Shown piece by piece: positions 50,796-60,427 of a DNA stretch of 64,000 bases. The DNA is taken from NCBI GenBank assembly GCA_030446545.1, contig JAUJNB010000001.1, positions 280,885 through 344,884 of the forward strand. Direction: 5' to 3'. The notes under the pieces were generated by a model. It saw nothing but the letters and a program-made list of their open reading frames with translations, searched no databases and was not told where the DNA came from. How positions within the stretch are numbered: the first letter of the stretch is position 1; each line of letters starts with the position of its first letter. This DNA is from Acidimicrobiales bacterium (GTDB lineage Bacteria > Actinomycetota > Acidimicrobiia > Acidimicrobiales > CADCSY01). The position numbers were made by a program, and so were the translations under genes.

Positions 50796-52088
50796 GTGCA
50801 CGCAGAGACGTCGGTGGTGCGGCTGGGCCTGTTGGGCTGCGGCAACGTGGGGGCGGCCCTGGTGGGCCTGGTCGGCGAGCAGGGCCACATCATCGAAGCC
50901 CGTACCGGCCTGCGCCTGGAGGTGGCCCGGGTGGCGGTGCGCAACGTGGCCAAGGACCGTCCCGTCGACCTCCCGGTGGGCTGCCTCACCCACGACGCCG
51001 ACGGTGTCGTCCACGACCCGGAGATCGACCTGGTGGTGGAGCTGGTGGGCGGCATCGAGCCCGCTCGCAGCCTGGTGCTCGACGCTCTCAAGTTGGGGAA
51101 GCCGGTAGTCACGGCCAACAAGGAACTGGTGGCCAACGTGGGCACCGAGCTCTTCGCCGCGGCCGAGAGCGCGGGCGTCGACCTGCTCTTCGAGGCCGCC
51201 GTGGCCGGAGCCATCCCCGTCATCCGTCCCCTGCGGGAGTCGCTGGCGGGCACCCGCATCCGCCGGGTCACCGGCATCGTCAACGGCACCACCAACTACA
51301 TCCTCACCCGCATGAGCGAGCAGGGGGCCACCTACGCCGATGCCCTGGCCGAAGCCCAGAGCCTGGGCTACGCCGAGCGCGACCCCACCGCCGACGTGGA
51401 GGGCTACGACGCCGGGGCCAAGGCCGCCATCCTCGCCACCATCGCCTTTGGAGCCTCGGTGGTGGCCGGCGACGTCTCCCACGAGGGCATCTCGGGAGTC
51501 ACCCCGGCCGACATCGCCTTCGCCCACCGCCTGGGATACGAGATCAAGCTGCTGGCCGTGGCCGAGCAGGGCGACGACGGGCGCGTGGCGGTGCGAGTGC
51601 ACCCGGCCATGGTCCCGGCCAGCCACCCGCTGGCCAGCGTGCGGGGCAGCTTCAACGCCGTGTTCATCGAGGGCGAAGCCGTTGGTGAGCTCATGCTCTA
51701 CGGCCGGGGGGCGGGCGGGCGCCCCACCGCCAGCGCCGTGTTGGGCGACGTCGTCGACGCCGCCGGCAACCTGCGCCGGGGCACGAGCGCCAGCATCGGG
51801 ACTCTGCCTCGGGCGGTCATCCGTCCCGTCGACGAAGCTCGCTCCGAGTACTACCTGCACATCGAGGTCCTCGACCGGCCCGGCGTCCTGCACGCGGTGG
51901 CAGGGGTCTTCGCCGAGCACCGGGTGTCGATCCGCTCCATGGAGCAGGAGGGCATGGGCGACGAGGCCCGGCTCATCTTCATCACCCACGAGGCGGCCGA
52001 GTCCGACTTCCAGGCCACCCTGGCCGCCCTGCGGGGCCTCGACGCCGTCGACCGGGTGACCAGCGTGCTACGGGTGGTGGCGGCGTGA
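50796..52088 (+). CDS. hom: homoserine dehydrogenase
   Basis: 430-aa ORF. Shows LGLLGCGNVG, VVTANKE, GIVNGTTNYIL and a C-terminal ACT-like region (YYLHIEVLDRPGVL). Confidence 0.9.
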   Translation: MHAETSVVRLGLLGCGNVGAALVGLVGEQGHIIEARTGLRLEVARVAVRNVAKDRPVDLPVGCLTHDADGVVHDPEIDLVVELVGGIEPARSLVLDALKLGKPVVTANKELVANVGTELFAAAESAGVDLLFEAAVAGAIPVIRPLRESLAGTRIRRVTGIVNGTTNYILTRMSEQGATYADALAEAQSLGYAERDPTADVEGYDAGAKAAILATIAFGASVVAGDVSHEGISGVTPADIAFAHRLGYEIKLLAVAEQGDDGRVAVRVHPAMVPASHPLASVRGSFNAVFIEGEAVGELMLYGRGAGGRPTASAVLGDVVDAAGNLRRGTSASIGTLPRAVIRPVDEARSEYYLHIEVLDRPGVLHAVAGVFAEHRVSIRSMEQEGMGDEARLIFITHEAAESDFQATLAALRGLDAVDRVTSVLRVVAA

Positions 52089-53479
52089 AGTACGTCAGCA
52101 CGAGGGGCGACGCCCCTGTCCTCGGCTTCGACGACGTGCTGCTCGCCGGCCTGGCCCGCGACGGCGGCCTCTACCTCCCCGAGACCTGGCCCGAGCTGTC
52201 GCCCGCCGCCCTCACCGCCTTCGCCGGTCGCCCCTACGCCGAAGTGGCCACCGCCTTGATGGCTCCCTACCTCGGAGGAGGGATCGACGAGGACCTGGTG
52301 TCGGGCATCGTGGCCGAGGCCTATGACCGCTTTCGCCACCCGGCCGTCGTCCCCCTGCGCCAGGTGGGCGACAACGAGTGGGTGCTGGAGCTGTTCCACG
52401 GGCCCACCCTGGCCTTCAAGGACGTGGCCCTCCAGGTGCTGGGACGGCTCTTCGACGCCGAGCTGACCCGGCGCAGCGAGCGCCTGACCATCCTCGGGGC
52501 CACCTCGGGCGACACCGGCCCGGCCGCCATCGAAGCCTGTCGCGACCGCCAAGCGCTCGACGTGTTCATCCTGCACCCAGCCGGACGCATCTCGGAAGTG
52601 CAGCGTCGACAGATGACCACCGTCGAGTCGGCCAACGTGCACAACCTGGCCGTCGAGGGCACCTTCGACGACTGCCAGGACCTGGTCAAGACCATGTTCG
52701 CCGACCTCTCCCTGCGCGACGAGCTCCGGCTGTCGGCCGTCAACTCCATCAACTGGGCCCGGGTGCTGCCCCAGGTGGTGTACTACGCCACCGCCGCCGT
52801 GGCCCTGGGGGCGCCCGGCCGACCCATCGCCGTGTCGGTGCCCACGGGAAACTTCGGCAACGCCTTTGCCGCCTGGATCGCCCGGCGCATGGGCGTGCCC
52901 ATCGCCCAGACGATCGTGGCCAGCAACCGCAACGACATCGCCAGCCGCTTCCTCACCACCGGGATCATGGAGGTCCAGGAGGTGCACCCCACCACCAGCC
53001 CGGCCATGGACATCCAGGTGTCGAGCAACCTGGAGCGACTGCTGTTCGAGCTCTTCGACCGCGACGCCGCCGCCGTGGCCGACCACATGGCCCGCTTCTC
53101 CCACGGGGGGCGCATGGAGATCGACCCCGAGCGCCTGGCGCCGCTGGGCGAGGTGTTCGACACCACCCGGGTCGACGACGCCACCGTGGCCCGGGCCATG
53201 GGTGAGCTCTACGCCGCATCGGGCCACATCGTCGACCCCCACACCGCGGTCGGCCTGGTGGCCGGCCGGAAATGCCGGCGCGACCCGGCGGTGCCCCTGG
53301 TGGCCCTGGCCACGGCCCATCCGGCCAAGTTCCCCGACACCGTCGAGGCCGCCACCGGCGTGCGCCCCGAGTTGCCGGCCCACCTGGCCGACCTGTTCGA
53401 TCGGCCCGAGCACTGCGCCACCCTTCCCTGTGACCTGGCCGCCGTGCGCGACTACGTCGTGGCCAACGCCCGGGCGTGA
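52085..53479 (+). CDS. thrC: threonine synthase
   Basis: 464-aa ORF. Starts MKYVSTRG. Shows FHGPTLAFKDVALQ (PLP Lys) and GATSGDTG. Has a 4-nt overlap with hom. Confidence 0.9.
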   Translation: MKYVSTRGDAPVLGFDDVLLAGLARDGGLYLPETWPELSPAALTAFAGRPYAEVATALMAPYLGGGIDEDLVSGIVAEAYDRFRHPAVVPLRQVGDNEWVLELFHGPTLAFKDVALQVLGRLFDAELTRRSERLTILGATSGDTGPAAIEACRDRQALDVFILHPAGRISEVQRRQMTTVESANVHNLAVEGTFDDCQDLVKTMFADLSLRDELRLSAVNSINWARVLPQVVYYATAAVALGAPGRPIAVSVPTGNFGNAFAAWIARRMGVPIAQTIVASNRNDIASRFLTTGIMEVQEVHPTTSPAMDIQVSSNLERLLFELFDRDAAAVADHMARFSHGGRMEIDPERLAPLGEVFDTTRVDDATVARAMGELYAASGHIVDPHTAVGLVAGRKCRRDPAVPLVALATAHPAKFPDTVEAATGVRPELPAHLADLFDRPEHCATLPCDLAAVRDYVVANARA

Positions 53480-53682
53480 TCGGCCTCACTCGTTCCGCTT
53501 CGCTCCACTCCGTTCGGCCGAGCTGACGGCGCTCCGGGCGACCGGCAGAGCCGGCCACCCTCCGCCCAGAACTCATCTGGCTCGCTTCGCTCGCCGGGCC
53601 GCCAGCCAGATGGGCCGGCTTCGCCGGCGGGCGTGGCCGGCGGCGACGCCCCTGCGCCCGGTGCACCGGTAGCGTCGCTTCT

Positions 53683-54846
53683 ATGAAGTACGTGGTGTGC
53701 GTGCCGGACGGTTGTGCCGACGAGCCGCTGGCCGAGCTGGACGGGCGGACGCCGCTCGAGGTGGCCAACATGCCGGTGCTGGCCGGTCTGGCGGCGCGTG
53801 GTGAGGTGGGGCGGGCCGCAGTCATCCCGTCCGGAATGGCGCCCGGGAGCGACGTGGGCAACATGAGCATCCTCGGCTACGACCCCTCCCTCCACCACAC
53901 CGGCCGGGCGCCCATCGAGGCCGCCGGGCGGGGCGTGGCCCTGGCGCCCGACGAAGTGGCCTACCGCTGCAACCTGGTCACCGTGGCCGACGACGCCACC
54001 ATGGTCGACTTCGCCGGTGGCCACCCGAGCACCGAGGACGCGGCCGAGATCGTCGATGCCCTGCAGCGGGAGCTGGGCGGTGACGGCGTCCGCTTCCATG
54101 CGGGTGTGCAGTACCGCCACCTCCTCGTCGCCCCGTCCGACTGGCTCGAAGCCGAGTGCGTCCCTCCCCACGACCTGTCGGGGCGCACCGCGATCTGGCC
54201 CACCGGCCCGGCGGCACCCAGGCTCCAGGCCCTGATGGACGCCTCCCGCCCCATCGTCTCCGGCTTCGGGGCCAAGGCCAACCAGGTGTGGCTCTGGGGC
54301 CAGGGTCGGGCCCCGGTCCTGCCCCCGTTCACCGAGCGCCACGGCCTGGCGGCCGGGCTCACCACCGCCGTCGACCTCATCCGGGGCCTGGGCCACCTGG
54401 CCGGCATCGACGTAGTCGAGGTGGCCGGAGCCACCGGTTGGTACGACACCGACTACGAGGCCAAGCGCGACGCCTGCCTCCACAGCCTGGCTGCCGGCAC
54501 CGACCTGTTCCTCATCCACATCGAGGCCACCGACGAGGCCGGCCACGCCGGCGACCTGGGCGAGAAGGTGACCGCCCTCGAGCACTGGGACCGGCGGGTC
54601 CTGGGCCCGCTCACCGACGGTCTCGACGCGCTCGGCCCCTGGCGCCTGCTGTTGTTGCCCGACCACGCCACCCCCGTCGCGCTCCGCACCCACACCTCCG
54701 AGCCGGTGCCGTGGTTGCTGGTCGACAGCGAGGTCGACGGCCCCGGCGGCACCTACAGCGAGGCGGGGACGGCCCGCCTCCCGGTGACCGCCGGCCACCA
54801 GTTGATGGGGCGACTCACCGGTGGGGGCGGACCTGCGACTGGTTGA
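53683..54846 (+). CDS. cofactor-independent phosphoglycerate mutase-like protein (apgM family; 'proposed homoserine kinase' type)
   Basis: 387-aa ORF. Shows MKYVVCVPDGCADEP, MAPGSDVGNMSILGYDP, YRCNLVTV and HIEATDEAGHAGD. It occupies the position where actinobacterial lysA-hom-thrC clusters normally carry thrB. Confidence 0.75.
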   Translation: MKYVVCVPDGCADEPLAELDGRTPLEVANMPVLAGLAARGEVGRAAVIPSGMAPGSDVGNMSILGYDPSLHHTGRAPIEAAGRGVALAPDEVAYRCNLVTVADDATMVDFAGGHPSTEDAAEIVDALQRELGGDGVRFHAGVQYRHLLVAPSDWLEAECVPPHDLSGRTAIWPTGPAAPRLQALMDASRPIVSGFGAKANQVWLWGQGRAPVLPPFTERHGLAAGLTTAVDLIRGLGHLAGIDVVEVAGATGWYDTDYEAKRDACLHSLAAGTDLFLIHIEATDEAGHAGDLGEKVTALEHWDRRVLGPLTDGLDALGPWRLLLLPDHATPVALRTHTSEPVPWLLVDSEVDGPGGTYSEAGTARLPVTAGHQLMGRLTGGGGPATG

Positions 54847-54890
54847 GAGCCCGACGGTCGTCCTCTGACGGCGCCGGTACGCTGGCCACC

Positions 54891-55778
54891 ATGGCGGCTC
54901 CTCCGTCCGATCCCATCCCGTCCGGCGCCGTTCCTCCCGGCGACGCCCCGCGCGTGCTGTGGGACTGCTACCGCCACCCGGGGCGGGAGAGCGGTGTCCG
55001 CTGCCGGCGCTGTGAACAGTTCATCTGCCCCGACTGCATGATCACCGCCCCCGTGGGCTTCCAGTGCCCGGCCTGCGTCAAGGCGGCGCCGGCGGTGCGG
55101 CCCTTGCGCTCGCTCGTGACCAGACCCGTGGTCACCCTCACGCTCATCGCCGCCAGCGTGGCCCTCTTCGTGCCCTCCCTGGCCGGCGGTGCGTTCCTCT
55201 CGGGGGGGGGAGGCGAGTTGGCGGATCGGCTGGCCGTCAACGGACCCGACGTGGCCGCGGGTGAATGGTGGCGCCTCATCACCTCGGGGTTCTTGCACTT
55301 CGGGCTGATCCACATCGGGTTCAACATGTTGATCCTGTTCCAGCTGGGCTCCATGCTCGAGCCCGCCCTGGGTCGGGCCCGCTTCGCCCTGCTCTACGCC
55401 GCCGCCCTGCTCGGCGGCTCCTTCGGTGCCCTCCTGCTCGACCCCGAGGCCTTCACCGCCGGGGCGTCGGGCGCCGTCTACGGGCTGATGGGCGCCGCCT
55501 TCGTCGGCATGCGCCGGCGGGGCGTCGACCCCATGCAGTCCGGCATCGGCGGGCTGTTGGTCATCAACCTGCTCCTGACCTTCGTCATCCCCGGCATCTC
55601 CATCGGCGGGCACCTCGGCGGCCTCGTCGCCGGAAGTGCGGCCGGCGCTGCCCTGTTCGCCACCGAGGGCACCGAACCCGGCCGTCGTGCGCTGGGCACG
55701 GCCGCTGCCGCCGCCGTCGCCGCCGTGGCCGTGGCCGGTGCCCTTCTGACCGCCTCCACCCCGCTCTGGCCCTTCTGA
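54891..55778 (+). CDS. rhomboid-family intramembrane serine protease with N-terminal zinc-ribbon
   Basis: ATG at 54891 inside ORF 54156..55778. CRRCEQFICPDCM..FQCPAC is a Cys4 motif. Shows WWRLITSGFLHFGLIHIGFNM, GASGAVYGLMG (catalytic Ser) and GGHLGG (His). Confidence 0.8.
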   Translation: MAAPPSDPIPSGAVPPGDAPRVLWDCYRHPGRESGVRCRRCEQFICPDCMITAPVGFQCPACVKAAPAVRPLRSLVTRPVVTLTLIAASVALFVPSLAGGAFLSGGGGELADRLAVNGPDVAAGEWWRLITSGFLHFGLIHIGFNMLILFQLGSMLEPALGRARFALLYAAALLGGSFGALLLDPEAFTAGASGAVYGLMGAAFVGMRRRGVDPMQSGIGGLLVINLLLTFVIPGISIGGHLGGLVAGSAAGAALFATEGTEPGRRALGTAAAAAVAAVAVAGALLTASTPLWPF

Positions 55779-55799
55779 CGCCGCCGAACAGCGGCGGCC

Positions 55800-56204
55800 C
55801 TACGACCGATCGGCGGGAAGATCGAGCAGGGCGAGCATCTCCGGCAACTCGAAGAAGCGGGCGACCTCCCGGGCCGAGGGCGATCCCAGGTCGGGGTCGG
55901 CCCCACCGGCCAGGAGCGCGCCCACCCCGTCGGAGGACTTCCGGAACACCGCCGCCGCCAGGGCGGTCTGGCCCCGATCGTTCACCCGGGTGGTGTCGGC
56001 TCCGTGCTCCAGGAGCATGCGGACGGTCACCGGGTGGTCGTGGTAGGCGGCCAGGATGAGCAGGGTGTCACCCTTGTCGTTGGTGAGGTTGGCCGGCACC
56101 CCGGCGGCGACCAGGGCGCTCAGCTCCTCGGCCCCGCCCGAGCGGGCCAGCTCGAAGACCCGGTGCGCCAGCGCCAGGGTTTCCTCGTCGATCGGCTCGC
56201 TCAC
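55800..56204 (-). CDS. ankyrin-repeat protein
   Basis: 134-aa ORF. GDTLLILAAYHDHPVTVRMLLEHGADTTRVNDRGQTALAAAV is a consensus-like ANK repeat. Confidence 0.75.
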   Translation of the reverse strand: MSEPIDEETLALAHRVFELARSGGAEELSALVAAGVPANLTNDKGDTLLILAAYHDHPVTVRMLLEHGADTTRVNDRGQTALAAAVFRKSSDGVGALLAGGADPDLGSPSAREVARFFELPEMLALLDLPADRS

Positions 56205-56974
56205 CTGGCGATCCTGGAGTTGCGGCCCATGGCGACCCTCGGCAAGCCGAAGCGATCCTCCCGGGCCATCAGCGCCCGCAGCTCGGGGCCGATGTCACGT
56301 TCTTCCAGCATCTCGAACCCCAACGTGCGGTAGTAGGGGGCGTTCCAGGGCACGTCCCGGAAGGCGGTGAGGGTGGTCGTGGGGAACCCCCAGGCCGAGG
56401 CCGTGGCCCGGGCGTGGTCGATGAGCTCGCGACCGACGCCACGCCCGGCCGAGGTCGGCACCACGCTCACCTGGTCGATGTGGGCGTTGCCGTCGACCAC
56501 CGCGAGGAGGAGATATCCGACCGCTCTGTGGGTCTCGTCCTCGTGGACCCAGGCCCGCCCGGCGTCGATGTAGCCGCTGAGGTCCTCGTGGGAGGGAGGG
56601 GCATCGTCGGCCACGGCAGCCATGGCGATGTCTTTGAAGCGCCGTCCCGCCTCCCGCTCGATGTCCTGCAGCCGGGCCACGTCGGCCACGGTGGCCGGGC
56701 GGATGGTCGAGGCGCCGTCCTCCGTCGAAGACGGCATGGCCTCACGGCGGAGCACCACCTTGCGTGCCTCGGGCAGGTCCCGCCAGTCGAGATCGACGAG
56801 CGCTCCCTCGAGCGCCCACAAGAGATCGAGGCTGGCCCCACCGCCGGCGTCCAGCACCCGCCGGTAGGCGGCGGCGGCTCCGATGCGGTCGAGCTGTCGG
56901 GGTGTGGCCACCCCCACCGCCTTCAACATCCGCTCCGATGCCGGCCCGAGATTTCGCAGATCCCGCAGTCGCAT
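56201..56974 (-). CDS. TfoX C-terminal-domain + GNAT acetyltransferase fusion protein
   Basis: ATG at 56974 inside ORF 56201..58072. MRLRDLRNLGPASERMLKAVGVATPRQL is TfoX_C-like. The GNAT core reads IDQVSVVPTSAGRGVGRELIDHA. Confidence 0.65.
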   Translation of the reverse strand: MRLRDLRNLGPASERMLKAVGVATPRQLDRIGAAAAYRRVLDAGGGASLDLLWALEGALVDLDWRDLPEARKVVLRREAMPSSTEDGASTIRPATVADVARLQDIEREAGRRFKDIAMAAVADDAPPSHEDLSGYIDAGRAWVHEDETHRAVGYLLLAVVDGNAHIDQVSVVPTSAGRGVGRELIDHARATASAWGFPTTTLTAFRDVPWNAPYYRTLGFEMLEERDIGPELRALMAREDRFGLPRVAMGRNSRIAR

Positions 56975-57061
56975 ACGCCATGGAAGCACACCCGCACGCC
57001 GTCTCCGGCCTCGGCCCCCACGGAGATCTGGAACTGCGGGCAGAGGCTGTGGAAGCGTGGG

Positions 57062-58090
57062 GTGGTGCCCCAGAGACAGGCCCTGTTGACCGGTGCGACC
57101 GGGTTCATCGCGTCCCACCTCCTGCCCGCCCTCCTGGCCGACGGCTGGTCGGTCCGGGCCTGCGGCCGTCGCCCCCGCCCGGACTGGTTCCCGGCCGAGG
57201 TGGACTACCGGTCGGTGGACCTGACCCGACCCGAGGAGCTCGAGGGCCTGTACGACGGCGTCACCCACCTGTTCCACCTGGCCGGGGCGTCCAGCTCCAC
57301 CTCCACCGAGGAGGAGATGCACCGGGCCAACGTGGTGGCCACCCGGAACCTGGTGGCGGGCGCGCCGGCGGAGCTGGAGCGCGTCGTGCACATGAGCTCC
57401 ACCTCGGTGTACGGCGAGGAGGTCCAGCTCCCCGTGCCGGTGCCGGAGGACGTGGTGCCCAGTCCGAGCCGGGGCTACGGCAAGGCCAAATGGGCGACCG
57501 AGCAGGAGGTGTGGGCCCGGGGCGAGAGCGGCCTGCCGGTGGTCGTCCTGCGTCCGGTCTCGGTCTTCGGCCCGGGCAACGTCAAGTTGCTGGGCAGCGC
57601 CGTGCTCGACGTGGCCCTGGAGCGCTGGGCCGGCCTCGACACGGTGGCGGTCCATGCCCGCCCGGTCGAGCAGCGGATGGTCCACGTCGACGACCTGGTG
57701 GCCGCCTCTCTGCACCTGGCCACCCATGAGGGAGCTGCGGGCCACGCCTACAACGTGGTGGCCGAGGAGTACCCGTCGAGCCACGCGGTGACCGGCATCC
57801 TGGCCGACGCCTTTGGGATGGGGATGACGTTGGCCGATGACCCCGAGTGTGGGTTGGGCTACGAGGCCCGGGCGAGTGCCCACACCCAGATGCTCGAGCA
57901 GGGGATGGCACCCCACATCCTGCTCACCCGGCAGCGCTTCCGTTTCATGGGCAAGACCAACCGCAACAACCGACTGCGCCTCGACGCGCTGCTGAGCACG
58001 GGCTTTCGCTTCACCCATGGCGACCTGGAACCAGCCATCCGCTCGACGATCGACTGGTACCGGGAGCACCACTGGGTCATCACCCGCTGA
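57062..58090 (+). CDS. NAD-dependent epimerase/dehydratase (SDR) family protein
   Basis: GTG at 57062 in the frame of ORF 56414..58090. Shows LLTGATGFIASHL (Rossmann fold) and SRGYGKAK (YxxxK). Confidence 0.8.
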   Translation: MVPQRQALLTGATGFIASHLLPALLADGWSVRACGRRPRPDWFPAEVDYRSVDLTRPEELEGLYDGVTHLFHLAGASSSTSTEEEMHRANVVATRNLVAGAPAELERVVHMSSTSVYGEEVQLPVPVPEDVVPSPSRGYGKAKWATEQEVWARGESGLPVVVLRPVSVFGPGNVKLLGSAVLDVALERWAGLDTVAVHARPVEQRMVHVDDLVAASLHLATHEGAAGHAYNVVAEEYPSSHAVTGILADAFGMGMTLADDPECGLGYEARASAHTQMLEQGMAPHILLTRQRFRFMGKTNRNNRLRLDALLSTGFRFTHGDLEPAIRSTIDWYREHHWVITR

Positions 58091-58112
58091 GCATCCTCCC
58101 GGGGACTCGGGT

Positions 58113-58406
58113 TCAGCAGTGGTACTGCACCGAGGCCCGCTCTGCCACCATGGTCCGGACGTGCTCGGCGATCAACTGTTGGTGGGCGGGGTGGGCCAGA
58201 TAAGCCCGCCACGCCTCGGCGTCGTCGAACTCGGCCACCACCACGAAGTCCCAGTTCCCCTCGGCCAGGCCGGCATCGGGCCCCACCCGGTAGGCACGAA
58301 GCGCTGGGATGGCATCGGGCAGCCGACCCAGGGCCCGCGCCAGGCCCTGCACCTGCTCCTCGCTGGTGCCGGTCGCCCAGCGGAACATGGTCACGTGACG
58401 GAACAC
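58113..58406 (-). CDS. Dabb-family stress-responsive alpha/beta-barrel protein
   Basis: 97-aa ORF reading MFRHVTMFRW..WDFVVVAEFDD..YLAHPAHQ. Confidence 0.75.
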   Translation of the reverse strand: MFRHVTMFRWATGTSEEQVQGLARALGRLPDAIPALRAYRVGPDAGLAEGNWDFVVVAEFDDAEAWRAYLAHPAHQQLIAEHVRTMVAERASVQYHC

Positions 58407-58415
58407 ACCTCGAGC

Positions 58416-60233
58416 CTAGGCAGGGTCACCACCCAGCTCCTCGGCCAGCGCCAGCCAGTGGTCCTCGGCCTGGTGGAGGCGCTCCTCGGCCTCGGCCATC
58501 GAGTGGGCGACCTGGACGAGGATGTCGTGGTCGCCGGCACCAGCGGAGAGCTCCCCCGCCAGCCGGTCTCGCTGCACCTGGGCGTCGGCCATCTCCCGCT
58601 CGGCCCGGCCCAGGAGCCGCCGTAGCGTGGTGGACGAGCGCACCCTGGTCGACGTAGGGGCCGGGCTCCGGGTGCTGGCGTGTCCCCCCGTCCCCGTTCC
58701 CGTTCCCGCCTCCGGGACTCGGGAGGCCGCCAGAGGAGCTCCGACCGACGGTGCCGTGCCGCGGTTGCCGGCTGAGGGTCGGGTGGCGGCGTACCCGGCA
58801 TAGCCCCCCGGGGCGAGGGCCCCCTGGCCTTGGCCGTCCAACACCAGGACGTCCTCCACGGTGCGCTCGAGGAAGGCCCGGTCGTGGCTGACCACCACCA
58901 CGGTGCCCGGCCAGGTGTCCAGGTGATCCTCCAGGGCGCGAAGGGTGTCCAGGTCCAGGTCATTGCTGGGCTCGTCCAGCAGCACCACGTTGGGCAGCCC
59001 GGCCAGTACCAACAAGAGCTGGAGCCGGCGCTGCTCGCCGCCCGAAAGGGTGCCGACGGGCGCCCACTGGGCGTCGGTGTCGAACCAGAACCGCTCCATG
59101 AGGCGGGCCTGCTCCCAGCTGGGTTGACCCTGGCGCCCGGCCACCGCTTCTCGCACCCGCTGGGCCGGGTCGAGATCCTTGCCGGTCTGGTCGTAGTAGC
59201 CCAGGCGGACGGTTGGCCCTGTCTCCACCCGCCCGGCGGTCGGGGCCAGACGACCGGCCAGGAGGTCGAGGAGGGTCGACTTTCCCGTTCCGTTGGGGCC
59301 CACCAGGCCCAGTCGCTCGCCGGGGCCGAGATCGAGCTCCAGGCCCTCGAAGAGCGGGGCCTGGTCGCCGTAGTGGTGGCCCACGCCGTGCAGTCGGAGC
59401 ACCTTGTCTCCCAGGCGGGGGGTGGCACCCCACTGCCCGCCGCCGGCCAGGTCCAGGTCCCCGGAGCGGTCGGGGGCCGGGCCGCGTCCCTCCACGATGG
59501 CGGTGGCGGTGGCGATGCGGGCCTTGGGCTTGCGGGTACGGGCCGGGGCGCCCCGGCGTAGCCAGGCCAGCTCGGCCCGGGCCAGGTTCCGCCGTACCGA
59601 CTCGGCCGTGGCCTCCTGCTCGGCCCGCTCGGCCGCGGCCGCCAGGTAGGCGCCGTAGCCCCCGTCGTGGAGGTAGCTCCGCCCCCGGTCGAGCTCGAGG
59701 ATGCGGGTGCTCACCCGGTCGAGCACGTGACGGTCGTGGGTGACCACCACCAGCCCGCCCCGGAACCGGGCCAGGCGGTCCTCCAACCAGGCGATGGCGT
59801 CGATGTCGAGGTGGTTGGTGGGTTCATCGAGGATGAGGAGGTCGACCTCGTCGACCAGCACCCGGGCCAGCGCCACCCGCTTGGCCTGGCCGCCCGAGAG
59901 GGTGGCCACGTCGGCGTCTACCAGGCCGCCCATCCCCAGCCGCTCCAGGATCACCGCCGCCTCCCAGTGCATCCCCACGGCCGACCGCACGTCGCCGGGC
60001 GGCAGCGCCGGGCGCTGGGCGAGGAACCCCACCCGCACGTTGCGGCCCCGGCGCACCGTTCCCTCTTCCGGCCCTTCGATGCCGCCCAGGGCCCGCAGCA
60101 GGGTCGACTTGCCGGTGCCGTTGCGGCCTACCACGCCCAACCGATCTCCGGTGGCCACGGTGAGGGACAGGTCCTCGAACAACGCACGGTCGGGACGGCG
60201 CGCCGCCACCCGCTCGAGGTCCACCAGGATCAC
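58416..60233 (-). CDS. ABC-F family ATPase (two ABC domains, no TM domain)
   Basis: 605-aa ORF. Two Walker A motifs (GRNGTGKST, GPNGTGKST), two LSGG signatures (LSGGQAKR, LSGGEQRR) and a C-terminal coiled coil. Confidence 0.9.
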   Translation of the reverse strand: MILVDLERVAARRPDRALFEDLSLTVATGDRLGVVGRNGTGKSTLLRALGGIEGPEEGTVRRGRNVRVGFLAQRPALPPGDVRSAVGMHWEAAVILERLGMGGLVDADVATLSGGQAKRVALARVLVDEVDLLILDEPTNHLDIDAIAWLEDRLARFRGGLVVVTHDRHVLDRVSTRILELDRGRSYLHDGGYGAYLAAAAERAEQEATAESVRRNLARAELAWLRRGAPARTRKPKARIATATAIVEGRGPAPDRSGDLDLAGGGQWGATPRLGDKVLRLHGVGHHYGDQAPLFEGLELDLGPGERLGLVGPNGTGKSTLLDLLAGRLAPTAGRVETGPTVRLGYYDQTGKDLDPAQRVREAVAGRQGQPSWEQARLMERFWFDTDAQWAPVGTLSGGEQRRLQLLLVLAGLPNVVLLDEPSNDLDLDTLRALEDHLDTWPGTVVVVSHDRAFLERTVEDVLVLDGQGQGALAPGGYAGYAATRPSAGNRGTAPSVGAPLAASRVPEAGTGTGTGGHASTRSPAPTSTRVRSSTTLRRLLGRAEREMADAQVQRDRLAGELSAGAGDHDILVQVAHSMAEAEERLHQAEDHWLALAEELGGDPA

Positions 60234-60427
60234 CCAGGCAGGCTACGGCCGCGCCGGTGCTCCTGATGGAGGAGGCGGAACGGGGCGCCTCGCCCAGAAG
60301 AATGGGAAGATCGGATCGTGCTCCGCGGGCAGCTGGCTGTGAAATGCACTTGACCGGCCGAACGCGTGTGGCGTAGTGAACGGGCCCCGAACCACGAGCT
60401 GGCGAACGACGAGGTGAAGACGACCAC

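Noticed and set aside
53480-53682. The 203-nt thrC/apgM-like spacer contains an imperfect direct repeat (..ctcgttccgcttcgctccactcc.. and ..ctggctcgcttcgctcgccgg..). I considered an attenuator, riboswitch or REP-like element.
   Set aside because: I could not derive a convincing conserved secondary structure, leader peptide or terminator by eye. The repeat is short and GC-biased, so there is not enough support to call a feature.
60350-60379. TTGACC, then 18 nt, then TAGTGA, upstream of the ABC exporter, considered as a promoter.
   Set aside because: The spacing and the -10 hexamer are imperfect and no supporting data are available. The motif could easily arise by chance, so no feature was reported.
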